DNA of 64,000 nt from Bacteroidales bacterium (GTDB lineage Bacteria > Bacteroidota > Bacteroidia > Bacteroidales > F082). Of this stretch, positions 47,115 through 57,071 are shown piece after piece. The notes beneath the pieces were generated by a model. That model saw only the letters and a list, made by a program, of their open reading frames with translations, ran no database searches and was not told the origin of the DNA. Position 1 is the stretch's first letter, and the number at the start of each line of letters is the position of its first letter. The position numbers and the translations under genes are program-made. Where the stretch lies: assembly GCA_019454985.1 (NCBI GenBank), contig JACFNF010000009.1, forward strand, positions 31,692-95,691, written 5' to 3'.

Positions 47115-50100
47115 ATGCGTTTTGCACTTTTTCTGACGTTTTTACTCTTTCTTTTTGGCTCGAACTTCAACTTCGTTGCCGGCCAGCAGACACAAACCTA
47201 CGAGTCAACCCTGAAATCGGGAAACGAGAAATTAGAGGCGAAAGATTATATCTCGGCCAAGACTTATTTCGAAATGGCACTTCGCATCAAACCAGATGAT
47301 GCGGTTGCCACCAAAAAGCTGGCCGAAACAGTAGCCCTGATGAAAAAACAACTTGAACAACAAGAAGCTTTTTATGCTTTTTTGGATCAGGGCGACCAAT
47401 TGATGAAACAAGGAAAAGCCGACGAAGCGCTGCTGTCCTACCAGAAAGCCTTAGAGATATTCCCCGATGACAAATATGTCGGAAAGCAAGTGGCCCAGAT
47501 TATGGAAGCCAAAAAGGCAGAACAGGAAAAGAAACAACAATTTGACCATCATATCCAACTCGGCGAGAAGCTCAGCAGCGAAAAGAAATATGACGAAGCA
47601 TTGGTTCAATTCAATCTGGCTTTGGATCTGATGCCCGACCATAAAGAGACAGCCCTGCGCATTGCCGAAACCCGCAAAACCATTGAAGAACGTAATGCTA
47701 CTGAACAGACCTGCATGAAATTGATGGACGAAGCTGATGCCTATCGGAAACGGAAACAATATGCCTTGGCCATTGAAAAAATCAAAGAAGTTCAGAAACT
47801 CATTCCCGGATGGGACGATGCCGACAGAAAAATGGCTGAGCTTGTGCCACTAGAAAAACAACAATCCGATTTTGAACAAGCTATTCTCAAGGCCGATCAG
47901 GCTTACGAACAGAAAAACCTGACAGATGCCCGTTTTTTATATGAAAATGCACTCCAAATCATTCCCGATGAGGCATATGCCACCGAAATGATTAAACGCA
48001 TTGACACTGCTCTCGGAAATGAAAAAATGCAACAGCAAAAAGCAATTGATGAGGCGCTTATGGCCGCTAATCAGCTTTTTGAAAACGGGAGTTACAGTGA
48101 ATCCATTCCTGCTTATGACAACGTTTTGAAGCTCGATCCGGCCAACACGACGGCTCAGCAAAGACGTTCAGAAGCCGTCCGGCTTGTTGAGACCGAAGCC
48201 GCCAAACGCAAAGCCATAGAACAATTTGAGCAATTGATGGCTGCCGGTGACAAAGCCTTTCATGAAAACAATCCGGACTTGGCTTTAAGCCAATATCAAA
48301 ATGCACTCGAAATTCTACCCGACAATGAATCGGCGCTGCTGAAAATCGCCGACTGTCAGCGACTCATCCAGGAAAATCGGGAAGCCGATGCCAAAATGGC
48401 GCAATACCAGCAATTGATTACACAAGCCGACGCTTTGTTTGCAGGAGGCATGCTGGCCCAGGCGCGCGAAGCTTATGAGAAAGCCCAGACGCTCAATCTT
48501 TCGTCAAGCTATCCCGCCGAACAACTTCAAAAACTTAGCGAAGTAATGGAAGCTCAGGCAACGGCCGAGAAAATCCAAAAACAGTATCTCGAACTGATCG
48601 CCACAGCCGACCTTCTTTTTAATGAGAAAAAATTTGATGCGGCAGTCCAAAACTACACGGAAGCCCGAGAACTAAAACCCGACGAAAATTATCCGACCCA
48701 ACAGATTCAGAAAATTGAGGAAATTCTATTGGCTCAAAAAGAATCTCAACTTACTGAAAACAAATTCAATGAGTTGATGAGTCATGCCATAGATGCCGAA
48801 AACAAGCAGCAATTTGAAACAGCGCTCGAGCTGTATGTTCAGGCTGCTGCCATCAAACCGAGCGAAAGTCTGCCAAACGAAAAAATCGGCAGGTTACGCA
48901 CCCAAATTGCCGAGCAAAAAGCCGCCGCTGAAAAAGAAAAAGCCTACAATGAGCTGTTGGCCGAAGCCGACAGGCTTTTTAGCAATGATGATTTTCAGCA
49001 AGCCATCGAAAACTATCGGAAATCGTTAGCTTTAAATCCAACGGCCGAATATCCACAGAAACAAATCAAAGCTGCTGAAAAGGCACTCGACGAGCAAAAA
49101 GCTCTTGCCGAACGCGATGAAGCGTACCAACAAGCCATTGCCATTGCCGACCAGCTGTTTGACAAAGAGGAATTTCAGGCAGCCATCGAGAAATATTCAC
49201 AAGCATTAAAACTCAAACCCGGCAGCCAATATCCTACTGAGCAGATGGCACAAGCCACCAAGCAGCTTGAAGCCAGAGAAGCTGCACGCCAAAAAGAACT
49301 GATGATCAACAATTTACTTAATGAAGCTGAGCAGATGCTTACAAGTAAAGATTATTCCGGAGCTTTGGGAAAATACAGTGAAGTGCTACGACTCGATCCA
49401 AATCATGTTCTGGCCAACGAAAAACTATCTGAAGTTAACCGTACACTCGAAGCGCTTACACGCGAACGCGAAGAAGGCTACCTGGCTGCCATGGACGAAG
49501 CGGAACAAAACATCAGCATCAAAGAATACAAAAAGGCCCTCAGCTCGCTCAACGCTGCCTTGGGCTTTAAACCCAATGATGAAGCTGCCCAAAAGCGCAT
49601 CAAACAAGTGGATGCCATCATTGAAGAGAGGCTGATGACTTTGCGTTCTGAATATAACAAAGCCGTGGCTGAAGCCGACCGTTTCTACAACAGCCGCAGC
49701 TACGATCAGGCGATTGAAAAATATCTTTTCGCCGAGGGGGTTAAACCCGACGAGACCTATCCTCGCGAAATGATTAAAAAAATTGCCGCACTCATCGAAG
49801 AAAATAAAATCAGAGAGCTGAATACTTCTGCAATTCTCATTCCTGCCAACACATCCAAGCGATTTGAATTCGAGCCCGTTGACGTTACAGAACGGCGTTC
49901 AAACTATGTTTTGGTAAAAGCGCGTAACACCGGAAATGGCGACTTCCCTCTTCTGGTTAATTTCGGAAGCAAGTCGGGTCGTAATGGCGGATTTGTATTG
50001 CCAATCCCAAACAATGGTGAGCTGAATGATTTTGTCGTTAAAATAGGTCAGCAATACAAATGGTTTAGCGAAGACAACACCTGGATTGAATTTCTTCCGG

Positions 50101-50156
50101 AAAACGGCTCAGTTGAAATCACTTTGCTGCAAATCTCCAAAAGCGACACACATTAA
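47115..50156 (+). CDS. large secreted tetratricopeptide-like repeat protein (~15 tandem 57-60-aa modules) with unknown C-terminal beta-rich domain
   Basis: 1013 aa with signal peptide MRFALFLTFLLFLFGSNFNFVAGQ. The recurring module is Y..L...AD.LF....F..AI..Y..AL.L.P...YP..QI..... followed by a charged helix. The last ~170 aa (ELNTSAILIPAN...ITLLQISKSD) are non-repetitive. Confidence 0.7.
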   Translation: MRFALFLTFLLFLFGSNFNFVAGQQTQTYESTLKSGNEKLEAKDYISAKTYFEMALRIKPDDAVATKKLAETVALMKKQLEQQEAFYAFLDQGDQLMKQGKADEALLSYQKALEIFPDDKYVGKQVAQIMEAKKAEQEKKQQFDHHIQLGEKLSSEKKYDEALVQFNLALDLMPDHKETALRIAETRKTIEERNATEQTCMKLMDEADAYRKRKQYALAIEKIKEVQKLIPGWDDADRKMAELVPLEKQQSDFEQAILKADQAYEQKNLTDARFLYENALQIIPDEAYATEMIKRIDTALGNEKMQQQKAIDEALMAANQLFENGSYSESIPAYDNVLKLDPANTTAQQRRSEAVRLVETEAAKRKAIEQFEQLMAAGDKAFHENNPDLALSQYQNALEILPDNESALLKIADCQRLIQENREADAKMAQYQQLITQADALFAGGMLAQAREAYEKAQTLNLSSSYPAEQLQKLSEVMEAQATAEKIQKQYLELIATADLLFNEKKFDAAVQNYTEARELKPDENYPTQQIQKIEEILLAQKESQLTENKFNELMSHAIDAENKQQFETALELYVQAAAIKPSESLPNEKIGRLRTQIAEQKAAAEKEKAYNELLAEADRLFSNDDFQQAIENYRKSLALNPTAEYPQKQIKAAEKALDEQKALAERDEAYQQAIAIADQLFDKEEFQAAIEKYSQALKLKPGSQYPTEQMAQATKQLEAREAARQKELMINNLLNEAEQMLTSKDYSGALGKYSEVLRLDPNHVLANEKLSEVNRTLEALTREREEGYLAAMDEAEQNISIKEYKKALSSLNAALGFKPNDEAAQKRIKQVDAIIEERLMTLRSEYNKAVAEADRFYNSRSYDQAIEKYLFAEGVKPDETYPREMIKKIAALIEENKIRELNTSAILIPANTSKRFEFEPVDVTERRSNYVLVKARNTGNGDFPLLVNFGSKSGRNGGFVLPIPNNGELNDFVVKIGQQYKWFSEDNTWIEFLPENGSVEITLLQISKSDTH

Positions 50157-50182
50157 TTTTTGTCAGATTGTTACCGACAATC

Positions 50183-50190
50183 TAATTTTG
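50183..50190 (+). promoter_or_regulatory. -7 promoter box (TAnnTTTG) for the class V aminotransferase-fold gene
   Basis: TAATTTTG, 61 nt upstream of the ATG at 50252. Confidence 0.3.
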
Positions 50191-50251
50191 GGGCACCGAC
50201 AGGCAACTTTTTTGCCGGGAACATTGTCATTGTTCACGTAAGTTCATTTTT

Positions 50252-51778
50252 ATGCAATCACTTGAGCAACATTTTGATTTTTTTCGCCGAAACACCATCG
50301 GATTCGACCTGATTTATAAAAGTCCTTACGGATCGCAAAAACTGATTTATGCCGACTGGATTGCCAGCGGACGTCTTTACAAACCTATTGAGGACCGGAT
50401 AGCCAATACGATTGGCCCTTTTGTGGCCAACACCCATACCGAAACCAGCGAAACCGGCACTTTGATGACCAAAGCCTACCAATACGCACACAAGCTCATC
50501 AAAGCCCATGTGAATGCAGGCCCGAATGATGTGATCATTACGGCCGGCTCTGGGATGACCACCGTAATCAATAAGATGCAGCGCATCATGGGATTTCGTA
50601 ACTGCCGCAACATCAAAGGCAACGACTGCCAAAAAAACCATGAAAAGCCGGTCGTCTTCATCACCCACATGGAGCATCACTCCAACCACACAAGCTGGTT
50701 CGAAGCCAATGTGGATGTGGTTGTTCTTCAGCCGGATGCACAACTTTTGGTGAATCCCGATGAGCTTCGTCGTCAGTTGGAAATTTACAAAGATCGTGCA
50801 TTCAAAATAGGCTCGTTCACTGCCTGCTCAAATGTTACGGGGATCGAGACCCCATATCACGAGCTGGCCCGCATCATGCACGAAAACGGAGGAATCATTT
50901 TCGTTGACTTTGCAGCCTCAGCGCCTTACGTTGACATTAATATGCATCCGGCCGAAGATGAATTGATGAAATTAGATGCCATCTTTTTTAGTCCACACAA
51001 ATTTTTGGGTGGGCCGGGGAGCTCCGGAGTCATGATTTTCGATCGCTCACTTTACAATAGCCCAACACCCGATAATCCTGGCGGCGGAACGGTTGACTGG
51101 ACCAATCCTTGGGGTGAATATAAATATATAGATGATATTGAACTGCGCGAAGATGGCGGCACTCCCGGATTTTTGCAGGCCATGCGTACTGCTTTGGCCA
51201 TTGAGGTTAAAAACCAGATGCAACCCAAACTTATCCGACAGCGTGAACACGAGCTGCTTCAAAAAGCTTTCAAGGGATTCAAACAAATACCCGGACTTCA
51301 CATTCTGGCGGATAATGTAGAAGATCGTTTGGGAGCTCTTTCGTTTTATCTTGATAATGTACATTTTAACCTTGTCGTCAAGCTTCTTTCCGACCGTTTT
51401 GGCATTCAGGTTCGTGGCGGTTGCGCCTGTGCTGGCACTTACGGACACTTCCTGCTCGATGTTTCTTACGATAAGTCGAAAAAAATTACCGAATTAATCA
51501 ATCATGGCGACCTTTCGGAAAAACCCGGTTGGATCAGGGCTTCGATTCACCCCACCATGACGGATAATGAGCTGGATAACCTCATCTTTGCAGTCAGTGA
51601 AATTCAAAAGAACCACACTTCATGGGCAAAAGATTACATCTATGACCGCCATACCAACGAGTTTAAACACCTGAGTGAGCCTGCCGACAAGACTGTTCTG
51701 ATCAAAGACTGGTTTCAATTGCCCCCGATAGTTTCCGGCACAAACAAAAGCGGCCTGCGTAAACTCATTGGTTGGTGA
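50252..51778 (+). CDS. class V aminotransferase-fold PLP-dependent enzyme (cysteine desulfurase/selenocysteine lyase-like)
   Basis: 508 aa. Contains ITAGSGMTT, HHSN, VDFAASAPY and the PLP-Lys context FFSPHKFLGGPGSSGV. Confidence 0.75.
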   Translation: MQSLEQHFDFFRRNTIGFDLIYKSPYGSQKLIYADWIASGRLYKPIEDRIANTIGPFVANTHTETSETGTLMTKAYQYAHKLIKAHVNAGPNDVIITAGSGMTTVINKMQRIMGFRNCRNIKGNDCQKNHEKPVVFITHMEHHSNHTSWFEANVDVVVLQPDAQLLVNPDELRRQLEIYKDRAFKIGSFTACSNVTGIETPYHELARIMHENGGIIFVDFAASAPYVDINMHPAEDELMKLDAIFFSPHKFLGGPGSSGVMIFDRSLYNSPTPDNPGGGTVDWTNPWGEYKYIDDIELREDGGTPGFLQAMRTALAIEVKNQMQPKLIRQREHELLQKAFKGFKQIPGLHILADNVEDRLGALSFYLDNVHFNLVVKLLSDRFGIQVRGGCACAGTYGHFLLDVSYDKSKKITELINHGDLSEKPGWIRASIHPTMTDNELDNLIFAVSEIQKNHTSWAKDYIYDRHTNEFKHLSEPADKTVLIKDWFQLPPIVSGTNKSGLRKLIGW

Positions 51779-51803
51779 TATCACTTACACAAACCGATAT
51801 CCG

Positions 51804-53981
51804 TTAATCAATACGGGTTACTTTTTCAATCCCATTCACCTTACTCAGGCGATGCATAAGTTGTTCAAGGTGTTCTGTGTCCCTGATTAAAAGCACGATC
51901 TTCCCCATTGAACGACCATCTCGCGTATCGAAGGAGATACTGCGCATATTCACTTTTAAGTCGCTGGAGATCAGTTTTGTGATTTCGCCAACCAAGCCAA
52001 GTGTATCTATTCCGCTGACACGAATTGCGGCCACAAAAACAGGGGATTCTTTCGACTCTTTCCATTTTACCGGAATGAAGCGGTAGCTATACCGTTCGTG
52101 AAGCCGGGTAGCATTGGGGCAGGTGGTACGATGAACAGTAATACCGCTGTTGATGGTAACAAAGCCAAAAACCTCATCGCCAGGTATAGGATTGCAACAT
52201 TTGGCTAATTTATAATGCACACTCGTGATCGAGTTATCAATGACAAGATAATCATCCTTACCACCCTTTTTTTCCAGGTTTTTCGATTCGGCAGCAGTTT
52301 CGGACGGAGTCTCAACAGGTTTACCTGCAATCGTTTTTTCATCGGCTGCAAATGAAACAAGATGTTTCTTTAGCTCGATCAGGTCAATCTTTTCAGTCGA
52401 AATATCATGGTAAAGCTGGGTGGAAGTGCTTTTTTTATAGTGCTTTACCAAATGATTGATGATATCATCGTTAAAAACCAACTTCCAGTTTTTCAGCTTA
52501 CGAAGAAGCAACTCCTTCCCAAACTCGGCTTCTTTCAGTTCTTCCTCCTTAAGATACCGTTTAATTTTGGATTTTGCCCTTTCAGAAACAACAAACGAAA
52601 GCCAATCGTGCTTTGGAGATTGTTTTTTGCTGGTAATGATTTCAACTTTATCGCCATTCTGCAAAACGTGACGGATTGGCACAATGCGGTTATTCACCCT
52701 TGCACCACTGCATGAAGCGCCCACCTGTGTATGGACTTCATAGGCAAAGTCGAGTACTGTTGATCCGCCGGGCAATTGTTTGAGGTCGCCATTTGGGGTA
52801 AAAATGAAAATTTTATCGTTTGATGTAGCACTACTTCGTTTATACGCATCAAAACGTAGTTGTTCAGGATTTTCGAGTACATCGCGCACCTGGTTGAGCC
52901 AGTCTTCCGATTCTTTTATTGCGGGTTTGTCTTTGTAAAGCCAGTGTGCAGCCTGCCCTTTCTCGGCCACCTGATCCATACGCACCGAACGAATTTGCAC
53001 TTCGACCCATTTCTCTTCGGCCGCTTTGACTGTAGTATGGAGCGATTCGTAGCCAGAGGCCTTTGGGGTGGTAATCCAATCGCGAAGCCGCTTCGGATTA
53101 GGCGTATAGATGTCCGTCACCAATGAATAAGTCCTCCAACATTCTTCTTTTTCTTTTTTCTGGTTTGTATCAATGATGATGCGGATGGCAAAAAGATCAT
53201 AAACCTGTTCAAATTCAACATTTTGATCTTTCATTTTAGCCCAAATGCTGGGGATTGATTTCGTTCGCCATTTGATAGCCGACTTGATCCCGTTTTCCTG
53301 CAAAGCAATCTCGATTGGTGCAATAAAATCTTTCATAAACCTTTCAAGATGATCTTTGCTTGCGGCTATCTTTCCTTCGATCATCTGAAAAGTTTCGGGG
53401 TGTTCAAAACGCATCACCTTTTCTTCAAATTCGGCTTTCACCGTATAAAGGCCTAAGCGATGTGTGATAGGGATATATAAATGTTTGATTTCCTGTAAAA
53501 ACCGTGTTTTCTTTTCATCGTCAAGCAATTCCGGATGACGGATATCATATAGACGATGGGCTATTTTCAAAAGCACGACTCGAATATCTTCAACAAACGA
53601 AAGGAATAACTTACGAAACTGTTCAGACTGGAACGAAATACGAGTCGTAGGCAGATTGGAGATACGTCGAAAACCATTGAGGATAACGGCCACATCTTCG
53701 CCGTAATCCTGACGTATTTCTGCTAATTTCTCTTCGGTATCAGGGTCAATTCCGTGTAAAAGAGATACGATAAGTGAAGGTACCCGCAGGCCCAGTTCAT
53801 AAACTGCGATTTCGGCCACTCCCACATAATGTTCAATTGCAGGTCGGCCGTCAACAAGTGTTTTGCCGGCATAGAGCCGGCTGGCCTGCTCGAAAGCTTT
53901 ATCAATCAGCTTCTTTTCATCCGGGCTGAGATGTTTGCCCAAAAATGAAGTCAGCTCTTCTATTTTCTTTTCGATCAACAT
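51804..53981 (-). CDS. RelA/SpoT-homologue (p)ppGpp synthetase, hydrolase HD motif degenerate
   Basis: 725 aa. The synthetase core has GYESLHTTV and EVQIRSVRMDQVAEKGQAAHWLYK, with a TGS domain (IFIFTPNGDLKQLPGGSTVLDFAYEVH) and a C-terminal ACT domain. The N-terminal HD region reads SLLHGID instead of LLHD. Confidence 0.88.
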   Translation of the reverse strand: MLIEKKIEELTSFLGKHLSPDEKKLIDKAFEQASRLYAGKTLVDGRPAIEHYVGVAEIAVYELGLRVPSLIVSLLHGIDPDTEEKLAEIRQDYGEDVAVILNGFRRISNLPTTRISFQSEQFRKLFLSFVEDIRVVLLKIAHRLYDIRHPELLDDEKKTRFLQEIKHLYIPITHRLGLYTVKAEFEEKVMRFEHPETFQMIEGKIAASKDHLERFMKDFIAPIEIALQENGIKSAIKWRTKSIPSIWAKMKDQNVEFEQVYDLFAIRIIIDTNQKKEKEECWRTYSLVTDIYTPNPKRLRDWITTPKASGYESLHTTVKAAEEKWVEVQIRSVRMDQVAEKGQAAHWLYKDKPAIKESEDWLNQVRDVLENPEQLRFDAYKRSSATSNDKIFIFTPNGDLKQLPGGSTVLDFAYEVHTQVGASCSGARVNNRIVPIRHVLQNGDKVEIITSKKQSPKHDWLSFVVSERAKSKIKRYLKEEELKEAEFGKELLLRKLKNWKLVFNDDIINHLVKHYKKSTSTQLYHDISTEKIDLIELKKHLVSFAADEKTIAGKPVETPSETAAESKNLEKKGGKDDYLVIDNSITSVHYKLAKCCNPIPGDEVFGFVTINSGITVHRTTCPNATRLHERYSYRFIPVKWKESKESPVFVAAIRVSGIDTLGLVGEITKLISSDLKVNMRSISFDTRDGRSMGKIVLLIRDTEHLEQLMHRLSKVNGIEKVTRID

Positions 53982-54085
53982 GGAGTTTCGTTGTTTTGTT
54001 TTTCAAAATTTGACCTTAAAAAAAACGTTTGTATCCACCTCCTGACACAAACGTTTTTCAAATTGACATTGTGATAAGGAGGCCG

Positions 54086-55093
54086 TTATTTTTTTATGCT
54101 ATTTGGATCTTTTGCCTGCGTGGGGCTATCATGGCCGGTTTCAGAAATACTGTCGCGCATTTTGGTGTCAGCCTGAATGTTCTGAAGGCGATAATAATCC
54201 ATCACACCTAAGTTACCCGTCCTAAAGGCTTCGGCAATAGCCTGAGGGATAAGCGCCTCAGCCTGAATAACATTAGCGCGGGCTTCCTGTGCGCGGGCTT
54301 TCATTTCCTGCTCCAAAGCCACTGCCATAGCACGGCGTTCCTCGGCTTTTGCCTGTGCAATATTTTTGTCGGCCTGTGCCTGATCCATCTGCAACACTGC
54401 TCCAATATTTTTTCCAATATCAATATCCGCAATGTCAATGGATAGGATTTCGAAGGCTGTACCCGAATCAAGGCCTTTTTTAAGAACAACTTTCGAGATG
54501 GAATCCGGATTTTCGAGAACGCTTTTATGTGAGTCAGCCGAGCCGATACTCGAAACAATGCCTTCGCCCACACGAGCAAGGATCGTTTCTTCACCAGCTC
54601 CACCCACCAGTTGGCGGATATTGGCGCGAACGGTGACACGAGCCAAAGTGATAAGCTGAATACCATCTTTGGCTACAGCTGCAACCCTCTTTGTATCAAT
54701 CACTTTCGGATTTACTGACATTTGAACGGCCTGAAACACATCGCGCCCGGCAAGGTCAATGGCAGTAGCCGTTTTGAAATTCAGTTCAATATTAGCCTTG
54801 TCAGCCGAAATCAGGGCATTGACAACTTGCTGCACCCTGCCCCCGGCAAGATAATGGGCTTCCAGATCATCGCGTTCGAGGTGTAAGCCGGCTTTGGTTG
54901 CTGCGATCATACTATTTACAATCACCGAAGGCGGTACTTTACGCCAACGCATAAGAATCAACTGAAGTAGTGAAATTCTGACGCCCGATACCAAAGCAGT
55001 AAACCAAAGACCTACCGGGATAAAATAAAAAAGAAACCAGATTAGAAAAATTGAACCCAATCCGATTGCAACGATTACATACATGTCATTCAT
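54086..55093 (-). CDS. floA: flotillin-like protein FloA (SPFH domain, UPF0365/YqfA)
   Basis: 335 aa with an N-terminal TM segment. Contains [23 protein letters not shown] and an SPFH core, then the Ala/Glu-rich coiled region [21 protein letters not shown]. Confidence 0.88.
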   Translation of the reverse strand: MNDMYVIVAIGLGSIFLIWFLFYFIPVGLWFTALVSGVRISLLQLILMRWRKVPPSVIVNSMIAATKAGLHLERDDLEAHYLAGGRVQQVVNALISADKANIELNFKTATAIDLAGRDVFQAVQMSVNPKVIDTKRVAAVAKDGIQLITLARVTVRANIRQLVGGAGEETILARVGEGIVSSIGSADSHKSVLENPDSISKVVLKKGLDSGTAFEILSIDIADIDIGKNIGAVLQMDQAQADKNIAQAKAEERRAMAVALEQEMKARAQEARANVIQAEALIPQAIAEAFRTGNLGVMDYYRLQNIQADTKMRDSISETGHDSPTQAKDPNSIKK

Positions 55094-55559
55094 GGCTGAT
55101 AAGTTTACGTTTCACCAAAATACGGCCACCTTCAACTTTGATGACTTCCACAGTCTGGTTTTCATCAATAAAATCGGTGCCGGCAAATACTTCATAAAAT
55201 TCATTGTGTATGAGTGCTTTCCCTGTCGGGGCACAGCGCGAAATTGTCACTCCCTGATCGCCAGGCTGAATGCGGCTATCCACTACGTTCACTTTACCAT
55301 CAATTTGTTTTTTGAGCATGGCTTTGTCCCAGGTTTTGGAGCGAAGAGCAAGAATCAAGGCTAAAATATTGAGAAGAACGGTTCCGGAAAGAACCATAAA
55401 ACCGATGGCATTCCCACCTTTTTCAAAAGCCAGATAAACCCCTGCCACCATCAGGCCGAATCCAATCACCCCGGCTATTCCGGCTCCGGGGATGACCAGA
55501 ATCTCAAGCAGTAGGATGATCAGTCCAATGCCAATCAAGGTTAGAACAATTGCCCACAT
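55086..55559 (-). CDS. NfeD-family membrane protein
   Basis: 157 aa with 3 TM segments and a C-terminal OB-fold ([37 protein letters not shown]). It overlaps floA by 8 nt, the classic NfeD-SPFH pair. Confidence 0.85.
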   Translation of the reverse strand: MWAIVLTLIGIGLIILLLEILVIPGAGIAGVIGFGLMVAGVYLAFEKGGNAIGFMVLSGTVLLNILALILALRSKTWDKAMLKKQIDGKVNVVDSRIQPGDQGVTISRCAPTGKALIHNEFYEVFAGTDFIDENQTVEVIKVEGGRILVKRKLISHE

Positions 55560-55563
55560 TTTG

Positions 55564-55842
55564 TTATTCGATACTAGCTGTCAGATTACGATTTACAAAT
55601 TCCTGATAAATAGGTTTCAGCTCCGATATGGTGCCTGATTTTACAGCACACCTGCCTTTGTAATGAACGATCCAGGTGCAGGTTTCAGCTTGTTCGTATG
55701 AGTGTCCGCAGATCTCAACAAGCGTATCAATCACAAAATCGAAGGTATTAAAATCGTCATTAAAAAGGATAAGGTCGAGCGGTTCATCAACCGCAGTCAG
55801 GCCCAATACATCCGTACTTTCTTTTTCTTTGACCATTTTCAT
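55564..55842 (-). CDS. clpS: ATP-dependent Clp protease adaptor ClpS
   Basis: 92 aa: LILFNDDFNTFDFVIDTLVEICGHSYEQAETCTWIVHYKGRCAV. Confidence 0.9.
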   Translation of the reverse strand: MKMVKEKESTDVLGLTAVDEPLDLILFNDDFNTFDFVIDTLVEICGHSYEQAETCTWIVHYKGRCAVKSGTISELKPIYQEFVNRNLTASIE

Positions 55843-55979
55843 TTATTTCGCTGTGTAAAATTACAAAAAAAAGGTTGCTTTTTTCTTTTTAAGGTGATTT
55901 AACAAAAATTAAACGGCTCCCCATCCGACGAGTGCTGTTAGGCATAAGTATTCCCTATGCCCGGACAATTGAAAAGGTT

Positions 55980-55987
55980 TATTTTTG
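55980..55987 (+). promoter_or_regulatory. -7 promoter box (TAnnTTTG) for the NUDIX gene
   Basis: TATTTTTG, 10 nt upstream of the ATG at 55998. This supports the internal start. Confidence 0.4.
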
Positions 55988-55997
55988 TACAAAAAAT

Positions 55998-56648
55998 ATG
56001 CCTGACAAGCTTAATTTTGAACAATTGCTAAAGCAACGGCTGGGGGAACCCCTTCCGGGCTGGTCGGCTCAATCTCGTCTTGAACCCATCACCAGAAGGA
56101 TATCGCATCTCAGACAGCCCACAAACAACTCAAAGCCAAAAGAGAGCGCCGTGATGCTTTTGCTTCATTATCAGCATAGTGAGCTGTCGCTGGTTTTAAT
56201 TCAACGCTCTGTTTACGATGGTGTTCATAGCGGTCAGATTGCTTTTCCGGGTGGCCGTTTCGATTTGGAAGATCATGATCTGATGAAAACCGCCCAGCGC
56301 GAAACAAAGGAAGAAACCGGCATCGTCGTGCCTGATCATGCGATCTTAGGCCAATTGACCCCGCTCTATATCCCGCCAAGCAATTTTAACGTTCATCCTT
56401 TTGTGGGTTTTTTACCCGAACTTCCGCATTACAGTCCTGACCCAAAAGAGGTTGGACTAATTTTCACGGTAACGCTCAAAAAGCTCATGCAGCAAGATTG
56501 TCTGCAACAAAAAACCATCACTGCAAGTGATGGTTTGGTTTACGAAATACCTTGTTATGTCATTGGCTCTCATATCATCTGGGGGGCTACATCCATGATT
56601 TTAAGCGAATTTCTGGATGTCGTACAACCAGTGTTAGAAATCGTTTAG
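55998..56648 (+). CDS. NUDIX hydrolase, CoA pyrophosphatase type
   Basis: Start at MPDKLNFEQ, with a TATTTTTG box 10 nt upstream. Has the NUDIX box GGRFDLEDHDLMKTAQRETKEETGI preceded by the CoA-ase-type LVLIQRS....HSGQIAFPGG. Confidence 0.8.
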   Translation: MPDKLNFEQLLKQRLGEPLPGWSAQSRLEPITRRISHLRQPTNNSKPKESAVMLLLHYQHSELSLVLIQRSVYDGVHSGQIAFPGGRFDLEDHDLMKTAQRETKEETGIVVPDHAILGQLTPLYIPPSNFNVHPFVGFLPELPHYSPDPKEVGLIFTVTLKKLMQQDCLQQKTITASDGLVYEIPCYVIGSHIIWGATSMILSEFLDVVQPVLEIV

Positions 56649-57064
56649 TCCACAATAATGATTTCACTGGTAAGCTGGGCGCCCTTTCGCAAAAGCTCGC
56701 TCACTCCACAATAACGGTCTTGTGACATATTGACAGCTTTTTCGATTTTCTCCCGATCCAGATCTTTTCCCTTGAAAGTGTATTTAATATGAATCTTGTG
56801 ATAATATTTCGGATGTTCCTCGGTGAGTTCACCATCTACTTCCACGTTAAACCATTCAGGTTCGACACGCATTTTTTTCAGAATTGAGATGACATCCATC
56901 CCTGTACATCCTCCCAACGAGACTAATGTAAGGGGTTTAGGGCGTGGCCCGCGGTTTTGTCCGCCAACTTTTTCATCGGCATCCAAAAGAAGTTTAAATC
57001 CGTTAACCTCGGCCTCGAACGACATATCGCCAGCCCAGGTGACATCTACTTTGTTGTTCATCAT
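56645..57064 (-). CDS. OsmC-family protein
   Basis: 139 aa. Contains GPRPKPLTLVSLGGCTGMDVISIL and DRYCGVSELL (the two conserved Cys contexts). Its start lies 7 nt after the stop of the upstream lipoprotein gene. Confidence 0.8.
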   Translation of the reverse strand: MMNNKVDVTWAGDMSFEAEVNGFKLLLDADEKVGGQNRGPRPKPLTLVSLGGCTGMDVISILKKMRVEPEWFNVEVDGELTEEHPKYYHKIHIKYTFKGKDLDREKIEKAVNMSQDRYCGVSELLRKGAQLTSEIIIVD

Positions 57065-57071
57065 GAATTAT

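Noticed and set aside
47115-50156. A possible DNA-level tandem repeat or CRISPR-like periodicity in the TPR gene.
   Set aside because: The ~175-nt periodicity is only visible at the amino-acid pattern level. There are no exact or near-exact nucleotide repeats or spacer-like structure. It is a coding repeat protein.
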